Positions 37,379-47,718 of a stretch of 64,000 nucleotides of DNA are shown here, piece after piece. The notes under the pieces are model-generated. The model ran no database searches and was not told the DNA's origin. It saw nothing but the letters and a program-made list of their open reading frames with translations. Origin of the DNA: Thermodesulfobacteriota bacterium (GTDB lineage Bacteria > Desulfobacterota_D > UBA1144 > Nemesobacterales > UBA2774); the NCBI GenBank assembly GCA_965216785.1, contig OZ244197.1, forward strand, positions 2,144,001 to 2,208,000. Reading direction: 5' to 3'. The stretch's first letter is position 1; each line of letters begins with the position of its first letter. A program made the translations under genes and the position numbers.

Positions 37379-37879
37379 ATGAATATGAGTAAAACAACGG
37401 TGACAAAATTAATGGGGCTGACAAAATGGGCTCTTATGAGTTATCTGGCTGTATTAACGCTGACAGTGGGTGTTGAGCCGCCTGCCGTCTACGCCGGTGA
37501 GAACGGAAAAGAGTGCGCAGAGGTGGTATTTGAGATCGGGCCTCCGAAATTGGCGCCTCAGATTGTGATGATTCCGGAATTTGATAAGGAAAAGATTTTT
37601 GAAGAGGCGGTAAAGTCCATTGATTTGGGTAATGCCCCGTTTAACGTTAACGGGTTTGAGGTAGGGATGTTCGACACAGGCGAGCCTGTGGACGCTGGCG
37701 CCTACGCTACGGAAGAGGATCTGGGAGTGGGCGGGCTCGATGCTGAGGTGTCTGAGTACGAATCGGACACACTCAAAGCGGGTGATATACTCAAAGCTGT
37801 ACCGAGCATCGCCACCAAAGATGAAAAAACGCTCGGTATCCTGGTGCCGCCTTTCGCGTATTTCTCGAAGAAGTTTTAA
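37379..37879 (+). CDS. Exported hypothetical protein
   Basis: GAGGG RBS; hydrophobic N-terminus; C-terminal Phe. Confidence 0.65.
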   Translation: MNMSKTTVTKLMGLTKWALMSYLAVLTLTVGVEPPAVYAGENGKECAEVVFEIGPPKLAPQIVMIPEFDKEKIFEEAVKSIDLGNAPFNVNGFEVGMFDTGEPVDAGAYATEEDLGVGGLDAEVSEYESDTLKAGDILKAVPSIATKDEKTLGILVPPFAYFSKKF

Positions 37880-38116
37880 TTACTGATACCCCCCTATGAT
37901 TACAAGCGCCGCAAAAGGAGCTGTATAGCGGCATATAGCGGTCTTCATCAATTCCTCCCGCCTATTGATACAATTTACAACCATAATATGAATTGGGATT
38001 AGCGCAGCGCATTTAAACAAAGCGCGGGAGCGCGGCCTCAAACAGGACCGCGGTTTGGACGCAATCCTGTAGAGCGTGATTTGTGATTATAAAGAAAAGA
38101 GTATAATAATCTTCTG

Positions 38117-39172
38117 ATGTCACCGCGGATAAAAAGAATAATACTCACCGCGGTCGCCATAGCCGCGGCTGTATTTATTGTAGAGGGGCTACTGCGGCTG
38201 GCAACGCCACCTGAGTTTCTTCAGAGCAGTCCCCGGAGCACGGTGTGGCCGTGGGTTGTGACCGATCCGATCCTTGGGTGGGCTAACTCCGCAGGCTATG
38301 AGAGCAATAACTTTAGAATAAACTCAGAGGGTTTCCGGGGAGAGGAGATTAAGCCTGAGAAGCCCTTGGGCGCTAAACGTGTTGTATGTATCGGGGATTC
38401 GGGCACGTTCGGCGTGTGGTTCGGCGAGAGAGCAAGACGCAATTGGGACAGCTATCCCCAAGAGCTCAGCAGGATACTAAAAGAACATGGTTATGAGGAC
38501 ATAGAGGTAATAAACGCGGGGGTCGTGGGCTACACATCATCCCATACGCTACGTCAGTTGATGACAAAAGTACTTGCGCTCGAGCCTGATATATTGATTG
38601 CGCGCACGGGGTTTAACGACATTGCCGACATGGGTAATGAATTTTTCAGGGCTTATTACGTAAAAGAGCCGCCGGGTTTTATTATCGGGAGCCTGATGTA
38701 CCGCTGGCCGGAATCGAGACTGGTGCGCCTGGCTGCTTGGCTGGATAGAAAGCTCGTAAGCAGGAGCGTTCCGGGTGACAAAAACGTTGTATCGAAAGAG
38801 GAGTTCAGAGCGAACCTGGAGCGCTTAATAAAAGCCTCAAAGAAGCGCGGGATAGATGTACTCTTGCTGGACTACCCGCTGAGAGACGAAAAGAGCGGGC
38901 TTAATAAACAGGAGCAGTATCTTACTGAATATTACGGCGTGGACACGCTTGCCGAGTTTCATGAAAAGCACGACGGCTATCAGGAAATATTATCAGAAGT
39001 TGCCCACGAGCGCGGAGTGGAAGTTCTTGATACCGCCGCGACTATGAAAAAGTTCGCCGGGCCTTCTTTCAGTGAGTACGACTTTGTCCACCCAAATGCT
39101 TCGGGAACCCGGACTGTAGCTATGGAGGTTTTCATCGCTCTCGTAAAGCTTGGGTGGCTGGAAGAGAAGTAA
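38117..39172 (+). CDS. SGNH/GDSL hydrolase, membrane-anchored
   Basis: INSEGFRG, GDSGTFG, INAGVVGY, DFVHP. Confidence 0.9.
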   Translation: MSPRIKRIILTAVAIAAAVFIVEGLLRLATPPEFLQSSPRSTVWPWVVTDPILGWANSAGYESNNFRINSEGFRGEEIKPEKPLGAKRVVCIGDSGTFGVWFGERARRNWDSYPQELSRILKEHGYEDIEVINAGVVGYTSSHTLRQLMTKVLALEPDILIARTGFNDIADMGNEFFRAYYVKEPPGFIIGSLMYRWPESRLVRLAAWLDRKLVSRSVPGDKNVVSKEEFRANLERLIKASKKRGIDVLLLDYPLRDEKSGLNKQEQYLTEYYGVDTLAEFHEKHDGYQEILSEVAHERGVEVLDTAATMKKFAGPSFSEYDFVHPNASGTRTVAMEVFIALVKLGWLEEK

Positions 39173-39316
39173 GGGGATGTTGATGATGCCGCTCAACCTA
39201 AAGGCGTCAGTTTTTATTAAGATCTGGTGAAGCCTTGGATTTGAGGCTAGGAAAGAGCTAAAGGTTGTTTTATAATCGAAGTATGAAGTATATAAAAACA
39301 TCAGGGGGTTAGAACT

Positions 39317-39877
39317 ATGAGATATGCAAAAGGGTTTTTCGTCGCTACAGTGCTACTTTTCTGCGCGGGTACATCATTCACGCATGCCGCAGAGGAGATT
39401 TGGAGTGTAAAGGCGATCTCGCCACAGGGGCAGACACTCGACGTAAAGGCGTTTGATAAAGAGGGCACGGCAATTGACATTAAAGCAATCGAAGTAGACG
39501 GCAACACGTGGCTAATGGACGTAAAGGCTATTAAAGACGGAAAGAAGCTCCCTGTGAAGATACTTGTGAGCGATGAAAAGAATATGCCCTTAAAAGCGAT
39601 AGACGAGGGCGGGGTAATAATGGACGTAAAAGCAATCGCACCTAACGGAGACAAGCTCGACGTTAAGGGTGTGAAGCAGTACGGGAGCATAATACAGATA
39701 AAGGCGATCGGGCCGGACGGTGAGCTATACGGTGTAAAAGCAATATCCCCGGACTCAGATGTGCACGATATAAAGGGCGTAAAGATGCTCGCTCCGGGTG
39801 AAAAGGCCGAGATGAAGATAAACGGAGTCGAGGTTTACGCGCACGTAAAAGGGTTCCCGCACTCAGAGCTCGATTAG
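39317..39877 (+). CDS. Secreted protein built of DVKAI-type repeats
   Basis: Signal peptide; about 11 [DP][VI]K[AG][IV] units. Confidence 0.8.
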   Translation: MRYAKGFFVATVLLFCAGTSFTHAAEEIWSVKAISPQGQTLDVKAFDKEGTAIDIKAIEVDGNTWLMDVKAIKDGKKLPVKILVSDEKNMPLKAIDEGGVIMDVKAIAPNGDKLDVKGVKQYGSIIQIKAIGPDGELYGVKAISPDSDVHDIKGVKMLAPGEKAEMKINGVEVYAHVKGFPHSELD

Positions 39878-40113
39878 AAACCGGGGCTGGTTGTTATGAT
39901 TATACGCTTCTCTCAGATGTGATATATGAGCCCCTGCGGGTCAAGTAAAACCTATCAATGTTAAGCAGCCGAAGCTATATTATCGGCAGGTTTTTAAATT
40001 CTTTCCCGTTTAGGTATTATATTGCCTCGTATAAACCGGTTTTACATTTAATCAAGTTTCAAATGCGAATCAGAAGCGAATATTAAGCCCCAGGGCTCAA
40101 AGGTCAAATTATA

Positions 40114-41091
40114 TTGAACACATCTAAATTACTGAAAAATCTTCTCGCGATACTAATAATAATTGTAGTTCTGTTCGCTATCTGCGAAGCGCTGATCAGG
40201 GTGTATCTGCACTACAACACGGTGTATGACATAGAGATGACCCGCTATGCTATGAGCGTTAAAGAGGACTCCGAAAACCCCAAGATAGGGCACGTTCATA
40301 AACCCGGGAGCGAGAAGGAGCTTATGGACGTAAACGTGTCTATTAACTCTGACGGGCACAGGGACAAGGAGTATCCTACCCAGAAGGGGGACGCGTATAG
40401 AATAATTTTCCTCGGAGACTCCCTCACGTTCGGATGGGGAGTAGCGATTGAAGATACATTTCAATACGTGCTCGAAGAGGAGCTTAGCAAGACTTCTCCT
40501 ACGGAGATAATTAACTTTGGTACCGGGAATTACAACACCGAGCAGGAAGTAAACCTGTTCTTTGAAAAGGGGGCGAAATACCAGCCTGATAAGGTGGTGC
40601 TTTTTTACTTTATTAACGACGCCGAGGTGACGCCCGAGAAATCGGGGCTTTGGTTCCTGGGGTACTCGCACCTCATATCTTTTTACTGGTCGAGGATTAA
40701 TTCCCTTATGAATAACATAGTCGCCGCAAAGAGCTTTGAGGAATACTACAACGCTCTTTATGAAGAAGATCAGCAGGGGTGGGTAAGCGCGAGAAAATCG
40801 CTCATAGAGCTAAGGGACTACAGCCGCGACAAGGGTATCGAGCTGCAGGTGGTGCTCCTGCCCGAGCTACACGATACGGACAACGTAATATTCAAGCAGG
40901 TGTATGATAAAATATCTAATTTCCTGCAAGACAGCGGGATCGATTACATGAGTCTTGCGGATCTGTTTAAGGGTCACGGGAATGAAATCGAGCTATGGGT
41001 GAGTTTTGACGACGCCCACCCTAACGACGTCGCCCACGGTAAGATAGCGGAGTCGTTGGTTGAATTTATTTCGAAAAAGGAGACTGACTAG
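40114..41091 (+). CDS. SGNH/GDSL hydrolase
   Basis: GDSLTFGWG, INFGTGNY, FIND, DAHP. Confidence 0.92.
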   Translation: MNTSKLLKNLLAILIIIVVLFAICEALIRVYLHYNTVYDIEMTRYAMSVKEDSENPKIGHVHKPGSEKELMDVNVSINSDGHRDKEYPTQKGDAYRIIFLGDSLTFGWGVAIEDTFQYVLEEELSKTSPTEIINFGTGNYNTEQEVNLFFEKGAKYQPDKVVLFYFINDAEVTPEKSGLWFLGYSHLISFYWSRINSLMNNIVAAKSFEEYYNALYEEDQQGWVSARKSLIELRDYSRDKGIELQVVLLPELHDTDNVIFKQVYDKISNFLQDSGIDYMSLADLFKGHGNEIELWVSFDDAHPNDVAHGKIAESLVEFISKKETD

Positions 41092-41225
41092 TGCTTGGTA
41101 AATTCTTCTCCAGATACAAATACTATCTCATTGCGGCTCTTGTGCTTTTTATCGGGCTCACTCTGCTTCTGATCGTCTTTTCCTCAGGCCCGCAAAAGGG
41201 CGCGTTTAACTACCAAATATTCTAA
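41091..41225 (+). CDS. 44-aa DUF5989-like small membrane protein (not in ORF track)
   Basis: GTG overlaps the upstream stop; AAGGAG RBS; MLGKFFSRYKYY-TM-GAFNYQIF. Confidence 0.7.
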   Translation: MLGKFFSRYKYYLIAALVLFIGLTLLLIVFSSGPQKGAFNYQIF

Positions 41226-41259
41226 CTGTACCTGCCGTTAAAAGAGCTCGGGAGGTGCG

Positions 41260-42312
41260 GTGCAAGAGGATAAATTGCAGGACTCCGCTGACAAAAGGGG
41301 CTTTTTTTCAAAGCACGCGACGGACATAGTCGTAATTATTGTTTTAGCTCTGATTGTTTACGTGATGGTCGAGCAAGCGGTAAGGGTGTATCTGTTCGGA
41401 GGGGACGCATTTAGCTACTCTAAAATGTCGAGCATAAAATCTACCGGAGGCTCGGGGAACCTTCGGCCCTCGGATATAGACGGGCTCGTTTACGAGCTAA
41501 AGCCCGGGCTCGATACAGTGTTTAAGCTCGTGCCGTTCACTACTAATTCCAGAGGACTCAGGGATAAAGAGTACTCGATCGAAAAGCCTCCCAATACGTT
41601 CAGGGTGGCGGTTATCGGGGGCTCGTTCACCATGGGAGCCGGCGTTAGGATCGAAGAGACCTTTCACTCGAGGCTCGAAGACAGGCTGAACGGGGAATCG
41701 GACGACATCGCTTACGAATTTATAAATTTCGGGGTCGCCGGTTATACAATGGATAACAAGCTCTTGGTGCTCGAGCACAAGGTGCTTGAGTACGATCCAG
41801 ATCTTGTGCTGTTCGTGCTTGACGGGTCGCAATTCTACGAGGAGAAAGTGCGTACGTTTACACCAAGGACGGAGAAATTTAGTTTTTTTAAAAGCTACTC
41901 ATATGAGCTTTTAAAGAAAATAAAAATTCTGCCGGGGGCAAATAAGAGCGCGGTAGAGTTTACACGCCGGCACATGCGGCATTTATTTTTGCTTGACCAC
42001 GCTTTATTTATGTTGGCGCGCTTTAGTGAGGAGAACGAAATCCCAATATGTATTGTAGTGCTCGACCACGATTATCAGCACGAAAGACTCGGCGGAAAGA
42101 TTGAGCAAAAGGTGAGCGGCGTGAAGGAATTATACTTCTCGAATACGCTGCCTTATTTCAGGCATAAGTATTTCAGGGACTACTCTATATATAAGGTAGA
42201 TATGCATCCGAACGGAGAGGCAAACAGTATCTTTGCCGAAGTTATCTATACGGACTTAAAAAGTAAGTCACTTCTCGGCGGGCCTGAGCAAAAAGCTACG
42301 GAGAACGAGTGA
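41260..42312 (+). CDS. SGNH/GDSL hydrolase-like protein
   Basis: TNSRGLRD, GGSFTMG (D to G variant), INFGVAGY, DMHP. Confidence 0.85.
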   Translation: MQEDKLQDSADKRGFFSKHATDIVVIIVLALIVYVMVEQAVRVYLFGGDAFSYSKMSSIKSTGGSGNLRPSDIDGLVYELKPGLDTVFKLVPFTTNSRGLRDKEYSIEKPPNTFRVAVIGGSFTMGAGVRIEETFHSRLEDRLNGESDDIAYEFINFGVAGYTMDNKLLVLEHKVLEYDPDLVLFVLDGSQFYEEKVRTFTPRTEKFSFFKSYSYELLKKIKILPGANKSAVEFTRRHMRHLFLLDHALFMLARFSEENEIPICIVVLDHDYQHERLGGKIEQKVSGVKELYFSNTLPYFRHKYFRDYSIYKVDMHPNGEANSIFAEVIYTDLKSKSLLGGPEQKATENE

Positions 42313-42352
42313 ATATGGGATACGCTAATATCAAAGCAAAAACGGGGGCAGC

Positions 42353-43594
42353 ATGAATAGAGCGAAATTAATCTGCTTTTTAGCAATACTTCTGGGCATA
42401 GCCGGGTGCAGCGGCAGCTCCAGCGGAATACTGTCGAGCTGGGTGCAGATGGGACCCTCGGGGAGCGTTATAGCCCGGGTGATTACGATCCGGAATCACT
42501 GTCCGGATATTAAGATTGATAACTTGAGAGTGGAAATGAGCGTGAGGAGCGAGCCTAAAGAGGATTTTCAGGTGCTGGTATGCGAGTTTGAGATCCCGCC
42601 CGATACGGCTGTAGCGAGAGTAGGGGGTAGAGACCTGAAGCTCCCAAAGGAAAATAACACCAGGCTGGTAATTATAGGGGACGCGGGATGCAGGCTCGAA
42701 GACGGTGACACTCCGCAATCTTGCAACGACCCCAAAGCATGGCCGTTTGAGCGCATCGCCAAAAGCGCGGCAAAGCTTGAGCCGGATCTGGTGATCCACG
42801 TTGGCGACTACCTGTATAGAGAAAGCCAGTGCCCGGAGGGAGATGCGGGATGCGAGGGGTCTCCGTTCGGAGATAACTTTCTTGCCTGGGACGCTGATTT
42901 CTTTACCCCTGCCGAGAGACTTCTGAGGGCCGCTCCCTGGGTGTTCTCGCGAGGAAACCACGAGGAGTGCTCGAGAGCGGGGCCCGGTTGGTTTACGTTC
43001 CTTGACCCCAACCCTCCTTTCCCTAAATGTGAAAAGTATACTCCCGTCTACACTATCGATATAGGCCCGGTCGAGCTACTGATGCTTGACTCGGCGAGCG
43101 CGAAGGACAACTCGGCTCCTTCGGGCGAGGTGGAGGAGTACTCTGAGCAGATTGCCGAGCTTGAATCTACGGTGAGTGAGGACGCCTGGTTTGTTACGCA
43201 CCACCCGCTATGGGGAATAGGGGAATCTGACGGAGAAGTGTTCAAGATTAATGATACGCTCCAGGCCTCTACAGACAACACGCTGGCCGCCGGGATAAAC
43301 CTGGTGATAACAGGGCATATACATTTTTTTGAGATACTCGACTTTGACGGAGTGCGCCCGCCGCAGCTGATTGTGGGAAACAGCGGCACAGAGCTTGACT
43401 CTGCCGTAAGCCAACCGCTCGCGGGAATGGAGATAGGAGGCGGTACTGTGCGCGAGGGGATCAGCCTTTCGGAATTCGGGTTTGTGCTGATGGAGCTGAA
43501 CGGAAACGTATGGGAGATGTCAGTTCGCGGTGTAGACGGGGAAGAGATTTTAAGCTGTGATATAGAAGGACCTGAAGCTACGTGCTTTCCCTAG
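42353..43594 (+). CDS. Metallophosphoesterase lipoprotein
   Basis: Lipobox IAGC; GDAG, HVGDY, RGNHE, HHP, GHIH. Confidence 0.9.
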   Translation: MNRAKLICFLAILLGIAGCSGSSSGILSSWVQMGPSGSVIARVITIRNHCPDIKIDNLRVEMSVRSEPKEDFQVLVCEFEIPPDTAVARVGGRDLKLPKENNTRLVIIGDAGCRLEDGDTPQSCNDPKAWPFERIAKSAAKLEPDLVIHVGDYLYRESQCPEGDAGCEGSPFGDNFLAWDADFFTPAERLLRAAPWVFSRGNHEECSRAGPGWFTFLDPNPPFPKCEKYTPVYTIDIGPVELLMLDSASAKDNSAPSGEVEEYSEQIAELESTVSEDAWFVTHHPLWGIGESDGEVFKINDTLQASTDNTLAAGINLVITGHIHFFEILDFDGVRPPQLIVGNSGTELDSAVSQPLAGMEIGGGTVREGISLSEFGFVLMELNGNVWEMSVRGVDGEEILSCDIEGPEATCFP

Positions 43595-44678
43595 CGTTTA
43601 GCAATCGCCTACTGAAAAACCTTATCATTATTAATAGCACAAGCGGGGTGAGCAGTAACCACGGGAATGAAGCCCTTGTTCCCGGATTAGCTAAAGAGCA
43701 GTTGCTGCCGAACGCCTCGACGGCTTTTGACGGGAAAAACAGAATTACGGTGGGGTCGCTGAGCCCTCCGCTTCCGGGAGCGATGAATGAGCCCAGGAAC
43801 TGGCCATTAGTTGCAGTGTATCGTATCACCTGATTTGTCCCCCGGCTTACCGCGTGGAACCAGCCGTCGGGCGAGAAAGATATACCGAACGGGTTGTCCA
43901 GCCCCCCGCTTCCCGCCGTAACGAATACTTCTACAAACTGCCCTGTGCTTGAGTTGTATTTTAGTACTTCGTTTGTATTTATACTGCTTACGTAAAAGTC
44001 CGTAGTGCCGCGAAATGTAATACCCCTTGGTCCGTCGAGACCGCCTGACCCGGCCGTAACAAAAACTTCAACGAAGCTCCCTGTAGCGCCGTCGTAGCGG
44101 AGCACTTCGTTTGTGCCTGCGCTAGAGACGAAGAAATCACCCCCGAGGCTGAATGTGATGCCGGAGGGAGTGTCAAGGCCGCCTGATCCGGAAGTAACGA
44201 ATACGTCTATGAACTCACCTGTCACGCCGTCGTAGCGGAGCACTTCGTTCGTACCGACGCTTGCTACGTATAGGTTCTCGTCGGGGCCGAACACTATGAA
44301 GCCGGGCGTATCGAGACCGCCCGATCCCGCCGTGACGAACACGTCAATGAAATCTCCGGATTTACGGTCATAACGAAGCACCTCGTTTGTGCCTTCGCTA
44401 GCTACGTAAAAATTGGAGTCTTCAGGGCTGAAAGCTAAACCCACCGGGGTTTCCAGACCGCCTTCACCGTCAGAGACAAAGACGTCAATAAACTCGCCGT
44501 TTCCGCTGTCATAACGGAGCACTTCGTTTGTACCGGGGCTGGAGAGATATATCCTTACCTTACCCTGCGCGCGGGTGTTTACAGAGAATGTGAGTATAAA
44601 AAGAGCGGTAAGAATTCCCAAGAGTACGGGCCAACCAATTTTAAAACGCTTTAGAGGTAACTGTGTCATAATTTCCAT
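43578..44678 (-). CDS. Beta-propeller repeat surface protein (paralog of 36023-37069)
   Basis: TNEVLRYD..FVTAGSGGL repeats; tail NCSLA..FPWLLL-TM-RR; start uncertain. Confidence 0.85.
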   Translation of the reverse strand: MEIMTQLPLKRFKIGWPVLLGILTALFILTFSVNTRAQGKVRIYLSSPGTNEVLRYDSGNGEFIDVFVSDGEGGLETPVGLAFSPEDSNFYVASEGTNEVLRYDRKSGDFIDVFVTAGSGGLDTPGFIVFGPDENLYVASVGTNEVLRYDGVTGEFIDVFVTSGSGGLDTPSGITFSLGGDFFVSSAGTNEVLRYDGATGSFVEVFVTAGSGGLDGPRGITFRGTTDFYVSSINTNEVLKYNSSTGQFVEVFVTAGSGGLDNPFGISFSPDGWFHAVSRGTNQVIRYTATNGQFLGSFIAPGSGGLSDPTVILFFPSKAVEAFGSNCSLANPGTRASFPWLLLTPLVLLIMIRFFSRRLLNAREST

Positions 44679-44851
44679 TGTAACATAACTCCTAAGGGGA
44701 TGGCGACCCTTCGCGAAGGTTGTAGATGGCAAGCACGACATGAATTCCCGCTTTTCCAGGAATAACAACTGTGGGTAGGCTGCGGTATTGTCGGGGATTG
44801 CTTCGCTCCGCTCGCAATGACAGCTTTCCCGAGTCTCAGGATTCGCAGAAA

Positions 44852-46246
44852 TTACTTGTTATTACAACCCGTATTCCTACGCCAGAGTCTTCTTAATATT
44901 ATGAATGCCGGGATCAGCAGGTACAGCGGGAAGTATGTGCCGCTGTTGCTTGGCTGCGCTAGGGCGCATCCGCCTCCTCCTGCTCCCCCTACCTGTGTCA
45001 CAAGCTCGGAGATAAGCATCTCAAGCGCTCCGATATCGCACACGGGAAAACCGTCGTCAAGACCGTCCTGAGGGCGCATGACCCCGCGCTGGTCAAGTGG
45101 AGGACAGCTGAGGTTGTCGCCCATGTCTATTGCCGGGCTTTCGGGCATGAGAGCGTGGCTCAGAGTGATGCCGTTATTAAATGCGAGGTTATCTAACAGA
45201 GGATCAGTGTTCGAGATGTCCGTAAGCTCGGTGAGCATGCACGTGCCGTCTGAGTCCAGGTTATTGCCGTCTGATGTTATAGGGTCGAAGGGCCAGCAGT
45301 CGTCCCCCATGTTATTCGCTACAATGGTGTTTTGGAGAGTGAGCGTTGAGCCATTAAAAATGCCTCCGCCTCCTAATGCCGGGGCGGTGTTATTAGCAAT
45401 TGTCGAATTTAGAATATCAATTACTCCTATGCTTGTCCCAGCCTGACTGTTAGATATTGCCCCGCTGTTATTCGTTGCCTCGTTATCAGAGAGGGTAGAA
45501 TTGGTGATCGTTATGTTGCCGAAATTAGCTATGCCACCGCCCGCTCTGGCCTTATTGCCGATAATGGCAGAGCTTGATATCGTGACCATTTCGTTGCTGA
45601 ATATGCCGCCTCCGCGGTCGGCTTCATTCCTGTCTATAGTAGTATCTGTAATATCCACAGTGCCGGAGTTAAAGATTCCGCCTCCTACAGATGAATCTGT
45701 AGTTCCCGAAATTAAGTTTAAAAATATATCTACTGTGTCGAGTGTGAGGATGCCTGCGTTTGATATTCCTGCTCCTGCTGCTTCTCCGAGCGCTCCCTGG
45801 GTTATTGAAAGGTTAGTCATCATGACAGTTGTGCCGGCTACGATGATGTGGAATACCCGGTCCAGGGAATTACCGTCAACAATTGTATTGCCAAGCCCGT
45901 TTCCTGTAATCGTGAGGTTCTCGAGAATGTCGAGGTCTCCTGTTAGCGCGGAATCTTCGCCGGTGCCGGGGATGGTTAGAGTAATAGGCACCCCGTCAAG
46001 GGACGTGTCGAACACGATCTCGTCATTCCCAGCGTCCCCAAGCGCGCACTCGCCGGGCGGGACTATAAGACCCGGGGGATTGGTGTTGGCGCTTATAACA
46101 GCCTCGCGGAGCGAGCACTGAAGGTCGAGCCCGCTTATAACGTCGTCATCTGTATTTACTGTGATAACCGCTGAATTTGAAACAGGAATCTGAAAGAGAA
46201 TAAATACAAAAGATACAATTGCCACACGCAAAATTGAATTTGCCAT
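44852..46246 (-). CDS. CSLREA-domain / choice-of-anchor Q beta-helix surface protein
   Basis: CSLREA, GDLDI, GGGIFN repeats, SPAID..DQRG..R..CDIGA; tail GGGGCALA-TM-RR. Confidence 0.92.
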   Translation of the reverse strand: MANSILRVAIVSFVFILFQIPVSNSAVITVNTDDDVISGLDLQCSLREAVISANTNPPGLIVPPGECALGDAGNDEIVFDTSLDGVPITLTIPGTGEDSALTGDLDILENLTITGNGLGNTIVDGNSLDRVFHIIVAGTTVMMTNLSITQGALGEAAGAGISNAGILTLDTVDIFLNLISGTTDSSVGGGIFNSGTVDITDTTIDRNEADRGGGIFSNEMVTISSSAIIGNKARAGGGIANFGNITITNSTLSDNEATNNSGAISNSQAGTSIGVIDILNSTIANNTAPALGGGGIFNGSTLTLQNTIVANNMGDDCWPFDPITSDGNNLDSDGTCMLTELTDISNTDPLLDNLAFNNGITLSHALMPESPAIDMGDNLSCPPLDQRGVMRPQDGLDDGFPVCDIGALEMLISELVTQVGGAGGGGCALAQPSNSGTYFPLYLLIPAFIILRRLWRRNTGCNNK

Positions 46247-46418
46247 AACTACACCTCCTCTTTTTTACTCGAGAAACTACTTGCCTTTGTGTCTAATTAT
46301 AGAATATTTGCAGGACTTAAGTCAAGGTTGCACCACTGCTGCGAATTGGTACCGCAAAATTTGAAAAATTACTTTAACTTAGGAATACTTAGGACGGTTA
46401 GATTCTTTGTAAAATATC

Positions 46419-46907
46419 ATGTGTAAAACAAAGATTTTAAGAAATAAGCCACTTCCCAAGGGGTTTAATCGGCTCCTTATGCGCTCGCCGCTATTGCTCT
46501 ATAAGCTCGGGCTCGGCTGGGTTATGGGGGAGAGGTTCCTGAGGCTCAGGCACAGGGGCAGAAAGAGCGCGCGGGTGCACGACACGGTGCTGGAAGTGGT
46601 GGGAAAGGACGAGCAAACAGGTACCTATTATATAGCCTCGGGCTGGGGCGAGGGTTCTCACTGGTTCAGGAATATACAGAAGACCCCTGGGGTAGGGGTG
46701 CAGGTTGGGAGCCGTAAGTTTCAGGCCAAAGCAGAGAGGGTGCCGGACGATGAAGCATGCGAAATACATTATAAATACTCACAGAAATACCCAAAGGCGT
46801 TCGCGGTTCTGACATACAAACTGCTAGGGGAAAAGCTTGAACCCACAGAGGAAAACGCTGTTAAAATGGCCAAGTATGTGCCTGTGGCGGCTCTAAAGCC
46901 TCTTTGA
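46419..46907 (+). CDS. Deazaflavin (F420)-dependent nitroreductase family (DUF385/Ddn-like)
   Basis: L.HRGRKS....TVLEVV, SGWG..SHWFRNI..P. Confidence 0.85.
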   Translation: MCKTKILRNKPLPKGFNRLLMRSPLLLYKLGLGWVMGERFLRLRHRGRKSARVHDTVLEVVGKDEQTGTYYIASGWGEGSHWFRNIQKTPGVGVQVGSRKFQAKAERVPDDEACEIHYKYSQKYPKAFAVLTYKLLGEKLEPTEENAVKMAKYVPVAALKPL

Positions 46908-47007
46908 TCCTTCCTTAAGTACATTTCCGCTTGATAGTAATGTAAGCTTTCAAACTGCAAAGAGGACTGCCGTTAGACAATTGAGGATTGTAAAATCGTA
47001 AGGGTGC

Positions 47008-47703
47008 TTGATGAGAACTCTCGTTATCGGAGACATACACGGAAATTTTAAAGCGCTCATGCAGGTGCTGGGGCGCGCGGGTTTTGACTCGGACAAGGAT
47101 AAGCTGATATCTCTGGGCGATGTTTACGACGGACACCCAGAGTCCGGGCGTTGTGTGGAGTATCTGAGGAAGCTCCCCCATTTTATATGGTGTCTCGGCA
47201 ATCACGACTCTCACGCCAGGTGGTGGCTGCGGGGTGAGTGGAAAGCGGGGGACCCTGAGGGGACTTGGTCTCTGGCATCACTTAAGTCCGTCATAGATTC
47301 CTACAGGGACGGGAAGGGTAATCTCGACCAGGAGCTTATACAGCGCCACAGGGAATTTATTGAGACTGCCGTACCGTACTACGTTGACGAGGACAACAGG
47401 CTCTATCTGCACGCGGGGATAGACTGGCGCTTCGCTGTGGACGAGCAGCCAAAGTATTGGATCTATTACGCAGACAGGCTGACTTACAGAGAGCAGGCGG
47501 TTATGCATAAAAAAGAGGGCACGAAGTTTCCTTACAAAGACGTTTTTATCGGGCACACCAAGACCATAAAACAGCACCCGAAGGCAAAACCGGTGAGGCG
47601 CGCGAACCTGTGGAACCTGGACACGGGGGCGGGGACGCACGGGAAGCTTACGGTGATGGACGCCGATACCTACGAGTACTGGCAGAGCGATAGGTGCGGG
47701 TGA
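47008..47703 (+). CDS. PPP-type Ser/Thr phosphatase-like metallophosphoesterase
   Basis: GDIHG, LGDVYD, GNHD, HAG, GHT, DTGAG. Confidence 0.92.
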   Translation: MMRTLVIGDIHGNFKALMQVLGRAGFDSDKDKLISLGDVYDGHPESGRCVEYLRKLPHFIWCLGNHDSHARWWLRGEWKAGDPEGTWSLASLKSVIDSYRDGKGNLDQELIQRHREFIETAVPYYVDEDNRLYLHAGIDWRFAVDEQPKYWIYYADRLTYREQAVMHKKEGTKFPYKDVFIGHTKTIKQHPKAKPVRRANLWNLDTGAGTHGKLTVMDADTYEYWQSDRCG

Positions 47704-47718
47704 AAGCTGTGAGCGGCT

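Noticed and set aside
43800-44530. DNA repeats as a DGR template/variable pair
   Set aside because: These are in-frame propeller blade repeats with no A-specific variation, and no reverse transcriptase is present.
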